Assembly: GCA_003157485.1 (NCBI GenBank)
Contig: PMJQ01000203.1
Span: 35,415-99,414, forward strand
DNA: 64,000 nt
Direction of reading: 5' to 3'
Origin: Ignavibacteriota bacterium
GTDB taxonomy: Bacteria; Bacteroidota; Ignavibacteria; UBA10030; UBA6906
Below are positions 1 through 8,050 of this stretch, piece by piece; the stretch's first letter is position 1; each line of letters starts with the position of its first letter. Made by a program: the position numbers and the translations under genes. The notes beneath the pieces are model-generated. The model did no database searches and was not told the DNA's origin. It saw only the letters and a program-made list of their open reading frames with translations.

Positions 1-1
1 C

Positions 2-241
2 TATCCCAATCCATTCAACCCGGCGACGACTATCCGGTACGCGCTTTCGGTTCGCTCCCACGTGGTTGTCGCGATATTCAACGGGCTCGGCCAGCGCGTT
101 GCGACCCTTGTAAACGGAGACGTCGAAGCGGGCAATCACTCCGTCAGGTTCGACGGTTCGAACCTGGCGAGCGGGGTCTATTACTATCGCATCCAGGCGG
201 GAAACTTTGTTCAAACGAAAAAACTGATATTGATTCGATGA
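2..241 (+). CDS. 3' end of a secreted protein with a T9SS (Por) C-terminal sorting domain; the 5' part lies outside the window
   Basis: Frame 2 reads YPNPFNPATTIRYALS...SGVYYYRIQAGNFVQTKKLILIR*, stop TGA 239-241. Four other genes in the window carry the same CTD signature. Confidence 0.8.
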   Translation, partial: YPNPFNPATTIRYALSVRSHVVVAIFNGLGQRVATLVNGDVEAGNHSVRFDGSNLASGVYYYRIQAGNFVQTKKLILIR

Positions 242-267
242 CTCCTGCACAACTGAGCTTGTCACGA

Positions 268-299
268 GCCCCGGCATCACCTGTCGGGGCTTTCTTTTG
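268..299 (+). terminator. Rho-independent terminator after the T9SS gene
   Basis: GCCCCG(268-273)...CGGGGC(285-290) hairpin followed by TTTCTTTTG. Confidence 0.6.
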
Positions 300-308
300 T
301 CAAATCTG

Positions 309-370
309 CATCTCACCTCGCACCCACGTCCATTGTCCCGGGAGGGGCCGGAAGGACTTGAGGACGTGCA
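309..370 (+). repeat. A element copy 1 (imperfect palindrome, core 321-368)
   Basis: Core is CACCCACGTCCATTGTCCCGGGAGGGGCCGGAAGGACTTGAGGACGTG. It is 38/48 identical to copy 4 by hand alignment. It abuts the stop codon of the minus gene 372-656. Confidence 0.7.
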
Positions 371-371
371 C

Positions 372-656
372 TCAATACTCCCTGGTCTCCAATACTTCGA
401 CGATCCGCGTCTGTGGATTCATCATGACTTTGCCTTGGACGCGACCCCACACGCCGCGCATTGCGGTGAGCACGGCTTCTGCCTGCTGTAATGTGTCAAA
501 CTCGAGGTCGATCATTGCGTAGTTTGGCTCATCTATTGGTCGCAAGACGCGGTACCGGCGGACGCCTGATTTCGCCCGGCCAATAGGGTCGCTGTCGAAC
601 GCCTTTTTCCAGCCGTCAAAGTCGGGAACTTGGTGCTCGATCCTCAAGATGTACAT
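372..656 (-). CDS. small conserved hypothetical protein (94 aa), probably a dimeric alpha/beta-barrel fold
   Basis: ORF 372-686. The internal ATG at 656 is preceded by AAAGGAGCTCAA. The product begins MYILRIEHQVPDFDGWKKAFDSDPIGR. I recall this as a widespread small uncharacterised protein type. Confidence 0.7.
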   Translation of the reverse strand: MYILRIEHQVPDFDGWKKAFDSDPIGRAKSGVRRYRVLRPIDEPNYAMIDLEFDTLQQAEAVLTAMRGVWGRVQGKVMMNPQTRIVEVLETREY

Positions 657-706
657 TTGAGCTCCTTTGCGCATCAGTAAACCCATGACTGCTATCTACG
701 ACACGG

Positions 707-842
707 CTCATACAGGCGCATGATGCCAGTCCCGGGGATGGGGTAACGAGAGAAAAGCAAACCTCTACGTAGGACAGAAAGCGGAAGGACGGAATCGGAC
801 GCGGGCTATCTTCAACATAACCAACAACTAACCCAATAGCAA
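707..842 (-). promoter_or_regulatory. B element copy 1: conserved promoter plus 5' leader upstream of 372-656
   Basis: About 114/138 identical to 8613-8750 by hand alignment, including a 28/28 identical core (763-790). On the minus strand it starts TTGCTA-N17-TATGTT and ends about 50 nt before the ATG at 656. Confidence 0.6.
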
Positions 843-966
843 TCGGTCGAATCCAGTCACACGAAGGTAGATCTCAACGCCCTCAGACGACGGATGACTC
901 GTCTCACCGCAAACGCGGGGCAGATTCGGTTGCCCGGCGGCTCGAATACCCTAACACTTGCGCACT

Positions 967-1070
967 CGGAACGCTGTCTCGAATGATTTGCTGCTGTGTC
1001 TCTCGGGGTTCGTTTATCTACCTCACACCCGCGTCCCTTGTCCCAGGAGGGGCGGAAGGGTTTGAGGAAG
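967..1070 (+). repeat. A element copy 2 (core 1026-1070) with an extended left arm shared with copy 3
   Basis: Core is CACCCGCGTCCCTTGTCCCAGGAGGGGCGGAAGGGTTTGAGGAAG. The 51 nt to its left (967-1017) match 2241-2291 at 34/51 without gaps. Confidence 0.65.
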
Positions 1071-1400
1071 CCCCTCCGAGAGAGGAATATCATTTCAGCG
1101 AACACGCGCCTTTGCTGGTCATGGTTCCCAACGGGTGTCATCGGCAGACACTTACGACGAATTGATCAGGAGACTCTCACACGGAGGGAACGAATCAAGC
1201 AAGACCCTCTGTAGGCGAGTCTTTTCCGTCAGATCATCAAGGACGAGATCAAAAGAGGTTAATGAGCGAGAGAACACTCCCTTGCAGCGGGGCGAACGAA
1301 GAGAATTCGTGCACTAATATTGCGGGACACGCATGGTTTGAGTACTTTGAAGCTGTCTCATTGGGCTTTGCCTGCATCAACACCAAAGGAGTAACGAACC

Positions 1401-2087
1401 ATGAAGATCCTTCTGCCGCTGTTACTCCTCACCGGCCTGGCGACAAGCGCACACGGACAAGATGAAGGCGATGTTCCCCAGAAGCAAGGGAGGATCGGGA
1501 TTTCGGTGAAGGCAGGACCGGCGTTTCCGCTCGTTGATTTTTCGGATCTCTTCACGACGGGATTCACAGGATTTGTTGACGTGCCCTATAACCTTACGGA
1601 AGATTTACAGGTCTATCTGGGCCTGGGGTTTTCTCACTTCACTCTTGACAACGCGAAGTTGACCAACCATCTCAAAGAGCTGGGCGAGAACACAACCGCA
1701 AACATCGATGCTCCGTACCAGTTGATTCCGCTGGTCCTGGGCTTGAACTACTCGTACCGGTACCCGCATTTCTGGCCGTATTTCACCATGTCTCTCGGCA
1801 TGTACTTCCAGAAGCTGGAGACCTCGGGTTCATTGACCACCGCCGGTGTCACGACACCCGTTGTGTCCAATACCCAGACTTGGTCTCAAGACGCATTTGC
1901 CGTCGGCATTGGAAGTTTGATCCCGCTGGGGAACGAGGGGTGGGCCATCGATGTGAACGCGAAGTATAATACCGTCGTGGACTATAAAGGAAGAGTATTG
2001 GTTACCACGACCGGCGGTGGCAACATCGGCTCACGAGCAATTCGCTATGTGAATCTTCTGGGAGGCCTCAGTTACACTTTCCGGTAA
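1401..2087 (+). CDS. outer-membrane beta-barrel protein (OmpA-like beta-barrel / porin_4-type)
   Basis: Signal peptide MKILLPLLLLTGLATSAHGQ, alternating beta-strand pattern, aromatic C-terminus (SYTFR), RBS AAAGGAG upstream. Confidence 0.7.
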   Translation: MKILLPLLLLTGLATSAHGQDEGDVPQKQGRIGISVKAGPAFPLVDFSDLFTTGFTGFVDVPYNLTEDLQVYLGLGFSHFTLDNAKLTNHLKELGENTTANIDAPYQLIPLVLGLNYSYRYPHFWPYFTMSLGMYFQKLETSGSLTTAGVTTPVVSNTQTWSQDAFAVGIGSLIPLGNEGWAIDVNAKYNTVVDYKGRVLVTTTGGGNIGSRAIRYVNLLGGLSYTFR

Positions 2088-2111
2088 GATGGTTCGATTT
2101 CTAATGACCTT

Positions 2112-2291
2112 TCAAATTCGACTGTGGAGCGCCTTCTTTATCAGGTCTTCATTGAATACCCGGAGTGAATGACAAGTTTTCGCGTAGAAGCGTGGCAGAC
2201 ACACCGCTCCTTCGCCGGAGTCCGACTGCACACTGATCTCCGGAAAGTCCTCCCGAATGAACTGTTCCTGTTGCCCGCCCAATTCGTTCAT
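2112..2291 (-). CDS. candidate small ORF (59 aa) immediately downstream of A copy 3 on the minus strand
   Basis: MNELGGQQEQFIREDFPEISVQSD... A degenerate paralogous reading (ATA instead of ATG, INEPRETQQQIIRDSVPS...) follows A copy 2. The SD-like GGGGAG sits only 1-2 nt from the ATG, so translation is uncertain. Confidence 0.3.
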   Translation of the reverse strand: MNELGGQQEQFIREDFPEISVQSDSGEGAVCLPRFYAKTCHSLRVFNEDLIKKALHSRI

Positions 2292-2347
2292 CTCCCCTTG
2301 CACCCGCGTCCATTGGACCGAGTGGGGGCGGAAGAGGTTTGAGGACG
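2241..2347 (+). repeat. A element copy 3 (core 2301-2347) with the extended left arm
   Basis: Core is CACCCGCGTCCATTGGACCGAGTGGGGGCGGAAGAGGTTTGAGGACG. The left arm is homologous to 967-1017. Confidence 0.65.
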
Positions 2348-2523
2348 GACAGTCCTTCACTTGTGGCAACAATTGATTCTCGCCCTCCCCTTCCGTATTA
2401 TTCCGCCGTATTGTTGGCTCTTCGTGCCGTTGGGATCATACACGCCAGTGTAGACTTCCCACGGGTGTCGCGGGCGGATCTCACATCAAGAGCAATCTTA
2501 CCTCAACCGGTACCTCAAGACGC

Positions 2524-3645
2524 TTGCCGTTTGCGCTGACTGTTCTATGCCTCTCGGCTTCCCTTCACTTCTCCGATCTCACCCTTTTCGCTCAAGACCA
2601 GTTACTCTCCGTTTTTTACTTCCAGCAGGTAAAGGGTCTCACAACAGGTGAGATTCGCTCATATGTCGTTCGGGATCCGAAGGGGCTCGTCTGGGTCGGC
2701 ACGGTTAATTGCCTAAACAGGTATGATGGGTATGGCGTGAAGGAATATTGGAAAAACCCAAGCGATCTCCACGCAATCTCGTCGAGCACCGTCCATTGCA
2801 TGTACGTGGACAGAAAGAACCGTCTCTGGCTGGGCACCCACGAATCAGGTCTCAGTCTATATGATCCTCTTCGTGACAGATTTGTCAATTTTATCCCCCG
2901 TCCCGGGGATTCATCATGGTATCAATCACAATTTATCGCAACTCTTTTGGAAGACCGGTCGGGCAACATCTGGATGACAACATCCTACGGTGGTGTTGCT
3001 CGTGTTGAGTTACCGTCCGGGAATATCGCTGACTCTGATAGCTTGTTCCACAAGGTCCATTTCACAACGTATCCGTTAGGCACGCCGAGGAACATCGCAT
3101 CCAGCATGCTCGAGCGTGAAGACGGCAGGATACTGATCGCTTCTGACGGCGGGATGATCGTTCTCGATCCCCGCACATCTGAGATGTCGCGACTTCACTT
3201 CTCAGACCCTACAGGTCGTCGGCTCGATTCACTCAATATCCTAAGCCTCATTCAGGATAGTCACGGGAACCTCTGGGTGGGGACGCATGACGAAGGTTTG
3301 TATTGGCTGAGCCAAAAGTCTCAGCGGTTTCCCCTTTATGGCCTCCGCGATAAGGACGGATCATCTCCGATCTTCTTTACGAGCGTTGACCGCGACAAGG
3401 GTGGCGCGTGCTGGTTTATGTCTTCAAGGGGAGTTCTTCACCAGATCAACATCATGACGCACAAAGTCGTGAAGCGCATTGATATCCTGCACGGGCAGCT
3501 GCTATCATATCAGCTTATCCCTACTTTCATCGACAGGCGAGGGATCTACTGGGATGGCACATGGGGACTCGGTTTGTTCTGGGTTGATTTGAAAAACGGC
3601 CACATCAGAAACTACAGCGTTTGCGTCGAAAGGAGGACAAGATGA
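2524..3645 (+). CDS. two-component-regulator propeller (Reg_prop) repeat protein with no kinase or output domains
   Basis: Repeated LWVGT/LWLGTHESGLSLYD/IWMTTSYGGVARV/LWVGTHDEGLYW motifs. TTG start with no clear RBS. The stop overlaps the next ATG (ATGA at 3642-3645). Confidence 0.6.
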   Translation: MPFALTVLCLSASLHFSDLTLFAQDQLLSVFYFQQVKGLTTGEIRSYVVRDPKGLVWVGTVNCLNRYDGYGVKEYWKNPSDLHAISSSTVHCMYVDRKNRLWLGTHESGLSLYDPLRDRFVNFIPRPGDSSWYQSQFIATLLEDRSGNIWMTTSYGGVARVELPSGNIADSDSLFHKVHFTTYPLGTPRNIASSMLEREDGRILIASDGGMIVLDPRTSEMSRLHFSDPTGRRLDSLNILSLIQDSHGNLWVGTHDEGLYWLSQKSQRFPLYGLRDKDGSSPIFFTSVDRDKGGACWFMSSRGVLHQINIMTHKVVKRIDILHGQLLSYQLIPTFIDRRGIYWDGTWGLGLFWVDLKNGHIRNYSVCVERRTR

Positions 3646-4256
3646 GAACCCAATCCATCTGTATTACGCTAGCCATCGCTCTGCTATGTCCTTTTGCGTC
3701 TGCGCAATGGGTCCATACAACTCTACCCGATAGTCTTGCAGTTAGTTGCTTTGCCGTGAGCGGTACGGATGTCTTTGCCGGAAACGGGAATGCCATGTCT
3801 GGAAGCGGCGGCGTATTTCGTTCCAGCAACAATGGCACGAGCTGGGCAGCTACCAGCTTGACAAATGGTGTTAGTTGTTTCGTAGTAGGTGGCACGAATC
3901 TCTTTGCCGGGACCGATGGCCACGGCATCTGGAGGCGACCGCTGTCGGAGATGGACCCGACCTCAGCGGGCACCACAGCAGATAACTTACCGTCCACCTT
4001 CATCCTTTACCAGAACTTCCCCAACCCCTTCAATCCTAGCACAACAATCAAGTTTGAATTGCCGAGAGCATCAGTCGTGAATCTGGCGGTGTATGACGTT
4101 CTGGGACGGGAAGTATCCGTCCTAATCAATGACAGAAGGAGCGCGGGAGTCTACGAGGTGAAATTCGATGGATCAGCACTGGCAAGTGGAGTCTATTTCT
4201 ACAGGCTGCAGGCCGGGAGCTACGTGAACAGGAAAAAGCTATTGCTTTTGCGTTGA
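3642..4256 (+). CDS. T9SS C-terminal-domain secreted protein
   Basis: AGGAGG RBS, signal peptide MRTQSICITLAIALLCPFASAQ, CTD YQNFPNPFNPSTTIKFELP...GVYFYRLQAGSYVNRKKLLLLR. Confidence 0.85.
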   Translation: MRTQSICITLAIALLCPFASAQWVHTTLPDSLAVSCFAVSGTDVFAGNGNAMSGSGGVFRSSNNGTSWAATSLTNGVSCFVVGGTNLFAGTDGHGIWRRPLSEMDPTSAGTTADNLPSTFILYQNFPNPFNPSTTIKFELPRASVVNLAVYDVLGREVSVLINDRRSAGVYEVKFDGSALASGVYFYRLQAGSYVNRKKLLLLR

Positions 4257-4296
4257 TCTTCATTCAACGTCCTTCTCCTCAAGCCGCGCCCCCGGC

Positions 4297-4315
4297 TTCT
4301 CCCCTCCGGGGAGAA
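4297..4315 (+). terminator. hairpin after the T9SS gene
   Basis: TTCTCCCC-tcc-GGGGAGAA, an 8-bp stem with a weak U tail. Confidence 0.4.
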
Positions 4316-4318
4316 TGC

Positions 4319-4347
4319 TTGACATTGAACGCGAAGACAAGTAGACT
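4319..4347 (+). promoter_or_regulatory. sigma70-type promoter of the HK-activator-hydrolase operon
   Basis: TTGACA(4319-4324)-N17-TAGACT(4342-4347), about 30 nt upstream of the ATG at 4379. Confidence 0.55.
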
Positions 4348-4378
4348 ATCCGCACGGTTTACTTGTCTGTGACGGATC

Positions 4379-5668
4379 ATGAAATCTGACGAAGACGTGG
4401 GTAGGGGCGCGGCGGGGAAGCGCCGAAGGAGGGATCTCCAGGCGTCTGCCGTCGAGCTCCTGAAATCCCTCAACCTCATCGTCGGCCTTGACCAGCTTCT
4501 GGAAATCCTGTGTGCCCGGCTGAAGGAAATATTCGGCGCCGGGACCGTGACGATCTCTCTCTTCGATCCCATCACTCGTCGCTATGCCGGGATGATGGCC
4601 CGCGGGTCCGACGCCCCGAATGCCGCGTTGTTCGGTTTCTTCGAGTTTAATCCCCTCGTCAAATGGCTGAACGTCAACCAGTCCCTCCTGAACGTGCGGA
4701 CAGACAGGGGTGTCTTTGACTACCTCTCGCCCGAAGAGAAGCTTGTACTTGAGTCCCACCGGGTTGCGCTGGTTGTCCCTCTTATCGCGCTGAACAGGCT
4801 TACCGGCATCCTCTTCTTATCCGACAGGGAAGACGGAACCGCGTACTCGCGCGCCGAAATCGAGAACCTTCTCATGGTTGCCGGCCAGGCTTCACTTGCC
4901 GTGGAAAACGCGGTGATGACGCAGTTTCAGGAGGAGAGGCTCAAGAAACTCTTCCACGCGGACAAGCTGGCCACCGTCGGCGAGCTCGCGGCGGGCGCCG
5001 CCCACGAAATCCGCAATCCCCTCACGTCAATCCGCAGCACAGTTCAGTTCCTGAAGAAGGACCTCCCGGCTGAGAAGCACGGCTACGTGGATGGCGTCAT
5101 CGAGGAGGTGGACAGGATCGACGGGATCATCAAGGGGCTCCTCTCTCTCAGCAAGTCGTCGGAATTACAGCTGAGCAGGGTCGACCTCCGCGAGGCGCTC
5201 CAGCAGACGCTCCTGCTTCTGGACCCCGAGATGAAAAGGAACGGGGTTGCCGTCAAACAGGAGATAACGATCGTCGATCCGACTGTGGAAGCGGACCAGG
5301 CCCAGGTCAAACAGGTATTCCTCAACGTGCTTCTGAACAGCATACAGGCGATGCCTCAGGGGGGCGCTATTACCGTCCATATGGCCGACCGCCCCGACGG
5401 CAAGAGAGAAGAGTCTCTCGATTCCGTCCGCGTCACGCTTTCCGACACGGGCCCCGGGATTCCGGAGGAAGCGATGCGAAGAGTGTTTGACCCGTTTTAC
5501 ACGACAAAAGAGAACGGAACGGGGCTCGGGCTTTCGATCACGTACGGCATCGTCCAGGGGCACGGGGGTGAAATTGACATCGTGAGCAAGACTGACCCCT
5601 CTTCACACGGGACCAGCGTGACAATCCGTATGCCGAGGAAAGCTAAAAAGCTGACGATTGGCCATTAG
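4379..5668 (+). CDS. cytoplasmic GAF-domain sensor histidine kinase
   Basis: H-box AAHEIRNPLTSIRS, N/G boxes (LNSIQAM, DTGPGI, GTGLGLSI), no TM segment, GAF-like N-terminal half. Confidence 0.85.
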   Translation: MKSDEDVGRGAAGKRRRRDLQASAVELLKSLNLIVGLDQLLEILCARLKEIFGAGTVTISLFDPITRRYAGMMARGSDAPNAALFGFFEFNPLVKWLNVNQSLLNVRTDRGVFDYLSPEEKLVLESHRVALVVPLIALNRLTGILFLSDREDGTAYSRAEIENLLMVAGQASLAVENAVMTQFQEERLKKLFHADKLATVGELAAGAAHEIRNPLTSIRSTVQFLKKDLPAEKHGYVDGVIEEVDRIDGIIKGLLSLSKSSELQLSRVDLREALQQTLLLLDPEMKRNGVAVKQEITIVDPTVEADQAQVKQVFLNVLLNSIQAMPQGGAITVHMADRPDGKREESLDSVRVTLSDTGPGIPEEAMRRVFDPFYTTKENGTGLGLSITYGIVQGHGGEIDIVSKTDPSSHGTSVTIRMPRKAKKLTIGH

Positions 5669-5707
5669 GGTCCGTTGCACGGCTCCTGGATCCATTCAGA
5701 TATCATA

Positions 5708-7105
5708 ATGACGCGAACCGCGGCATCGAAAATACTTGTTGTCGACGACGAGGAGCGAATCCGGACGATACTTGCCGCGATACTCCGCGGCGAGGGGTAT
5801 CTGGTCGAAACCGCGGCCGACGGGATTGAAGCCCTTGATCGGGGAACGGCGTTCCGCCCGGACGTACTCGTCGTCGATCTTCAGATGCCCCGCATGGATG
5901 GGATAGAGACGATAAGCCGGTTCAAGGAGAGGGTCCCGCACGCCGCCGCAATCATACTGACTGCCCACGGGTCGATTCAATCTGCAGTCGAAGCCATCAA
6001 AAAGGGAGCGTATGACTACCTGACCAAGCCGTTCGACAACGACCAGCTTCTGATGGTAGTCCGGCGTGCGTGTGACCTCGTGAGGATCTCAAGTGAGCTG
6101 GAACGGCTCAGGGCCAGACTGGAGCCGCAGGGGGGTCTTCGAGCACTCCTCGGCGAAAGCGATCTCATGCGGGATCTGCGCGCACGGATCCAGAAAATCG
6201 CGGAGGCCGACGCGACGGTTCTCATTTGCGGGGAAAGCGGCACCGGGAAGGAGCTTGCCGCCCGCGCGATACACATGGAGAGCAGAAGGAAGGAAGAGCC
6301 GCTCGTTGTCGTGGATTGCGCCGCCATTCCGGAACAGCTCATGGAGAGCTCGTTCTTCGGTCACGAGAAAGGGGCGTTTACCGATGCCCACGAGCAGAAA
6401 ACCGGCGCCTTCGAAGAAGCGAACGGCGGGACCGTGTTCCTTGACGAAATCGGGGAATTGCCCACGGGTGCACAGTCGAAGCTCCTGAGAGTCCTGCAGG
6501 AGAAAGAGTTCTCCCGTGTCGGGTCAGCAAGTCCGATACGCGTGGACGTGCGTGTAATTGCCGCGACGAACAAGGATCTCGCCGCGCGCGTCAGAAAAGG
6601 GAAGTTCCGCGAGGACCTCTATTACAGGCTCGACGTCCTCAACCTGAAAATGCCGTCACTGAGAGAACACATCGGGGACGTGCCCCTCTACGCGGCGCAT
6701 TTTATCGAAAGATACAGGAGTGTGTTCGGGAAACGGGTCTCGGGGATATCGCCGGAAGCTCTCCAAATTCTCACGTCGCTCCCCTGGAACGGCAACGTGC
6801 GCGAGCTCGAAAACGTCATCCAGCGGGGCCTCTTAAACGCCTCGGGGGAAACCTTGCAGGAGGCCGACGTCAGATTCGCCGGAGAAACAGGTGGCCGGAG
6901 CGCGGTGCCGTGGGACCCCTCCGTGGGGCTTGAGTTGTATGTTAAGTCCCTCTCCGAAGAAGCGGAAAAGAGGATCATACTTGAATCTCTTGGCCGGACC
7001 GGCTGGAACAGAACAGCGACCGCCCAGAACCTGGGGATCAGCAGAAAGACCCTCTTCAACAAGATGCAGCAGTACGGAATAGAGGAAAGGCCTGTGGAGC
7101 CCTGA
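5708..7105 (+). CDS. sigma54-dependent response regulator (NtrC family: REC-AAA+-Fis HTH)
   Basis: ILVVDDEE...DLQMP receiver, Walker A GESGTGKE, GAFTDA loop, RVIAATN, C-terminal HTH AQNLGISRKTLFNKM. The ORF opens at 5675 (TTG) and the ATG at 5708 was chosen. Confidence 0.9.
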   Translation: MTRTAASKILVVDDEERIRTILAAILRGEGYLVETAADGIEALDRGTAFRPDVLVVDLQMPRMDGIETISRFKERVPHAAAIILTAHGSIQSAVEAIKKGAYDYLTKPFDNDQLLMVVRRACDLVRISSELERLRARLEPQGGLRALLGESDLMRDLRARIQKIAEADATVLICGESGTGKELAARAIHMESRRKEEPLVVVDCAAIPEQLMESSFFGHEKGAFTDAHEQKTGAFEEANGGTVFLDEIGELPTGAQSKLLRVLQEKEFSRVGSASPIRVDVRVIAATNKDLAARVRKGKFREDLYYRLDVLNLKMPSLREHIGDVPLYAAHFIERYRSVFGKRVSGISPEALQILTSLPWNGNVRELENVIQRGLLNASGETLQEADVRFAGETGGRSAVPWDPSVGLELYVKSLSEEAEKRIILESLGRTGWNRTATAQNLGISRKTLFNKMQQYGIEERPVEP

Positions 7106-8050
7106 ATGAGAAAGACATTCCGCGTTCTTCTTGTCGTCATTCCCCTCCTGGTTGTGGCTCTGAGCCTGGGTTTGCTCTACGCAATCGAGAACGTCCTTCC
7201 CTATTCCGCAATCCGGCCGCACAGGTGCACCGTCGGGGAGATGGCCCTCTCCTCTCCCAATTTTCTGAGCCCGGCGGCGTTCACTCCCCACTGGGAGAAC
7301 TTCGATATCACAGTCGAGGATACAATCCGGTTGAAAGGCTGGTTCATATTCGCATCAGGCGGGGAAAACAGGGGGACGATATTACTGCTCCACGGGATCG
7401 GGAGCTGCAAAATTACAATGCTCTCACTGGCAAAGCTGTTCGTCCAGAACGGGTTTAACTGCATTCTTTACGACTCGCGCGCAAATGGCGAGAGCGGGGG
7501 TATCAATTGTACGTTTGGGTACTACGAAAAGCGGGATCTTTCGGCATACATCGATTCAGCCCTCGTACGATATCCCGGTTCCGCGCCGTTCGGTGTCCTC
7601 GGTGATTCATTCGGCGCTGCCACGGCAGTACAGGCGCTGGCCTGGGACAAACGTCTCGTGTGCGGTATCGCCGAGAGCCCGTTTGCCACACTGCGCGGCG
7701 TGATACATGATTATTTCCGGCAGATGTATTTCGTCCCTTTGTACTTCATTCCGGACGCCGCCCTCGTCAATTCCGAGCGAATTGCACGGTTTCAGGTGGA
7801 CAGCGTGAGTCCCGAACAGGATGCCCGGAGGATCACTCAGCCCACGATGATCGTCCACGGTTCAGCCGATCGCAAAATCTCTTCGCAGTACGGGAGGCTG
7901 GTCTTCGACAACCTGGCTTCGACACATAAGGAATGGTATCTGGTCGAAGGTGCGGGACACTCGGATATCGGGAATGTCGGTGGCGCTGAATATGAAGCCC
8001 GGATCGTCGGATTCTTTAGGACATATCTGAACGTGAACACTGCTCGATGA
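7106..8050 (+). CDS. membrane-anchored alpha/beta hydrolase
   Basis: The ATG directly abuts the activator stop (TGAATG). N-terminal TM, HGIGSCK, nucleophile elbow GDSFGA, C-terminal GAGHSD. Confidence 0.8.
   Translation: MRKTFRVLLVVIPLLVVALSLGLLYAIENVLPYSAIRPHRCTVGEMALSSPNFLSPAAFTPHWENFDITVEDTIRLKGWFIFASGGENRGTILLLHGIGSCKITMLSLAKLFVQNGFNCILYDSRANGESGGINCTFGYYEKRDLSAYIDSALVRYPGSAPFGVLGDSFGAATAVQALAWDKRLVCGIAESPFATLRGVIHDYFRQMYFVPLYFIPDAALVNSERIARFQVDSVSPEQDARRITQPTMIVHGSADRKISSQYGRLVFDNLASTHKEWYLVEGAGHSDIGNVGGAEYEARIVGFFRTYLNVNTAR

Noticed and set aside
857-1141. ORFs 857-1141 (-), 983-1165 (+), 996-1214 (+), 238-522 (+), 2112-2372 (-) and 9048-9368 (-) share peptide segments such as HPRPLS.EG.KGL
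   Set aside because: The shared peptides are simply translations of the repeated A element in different frames. None has an RBS or a plausible composition. Only the part of 2112-2372 downstream of the repeat is kept, as a low-confidence small ORF.
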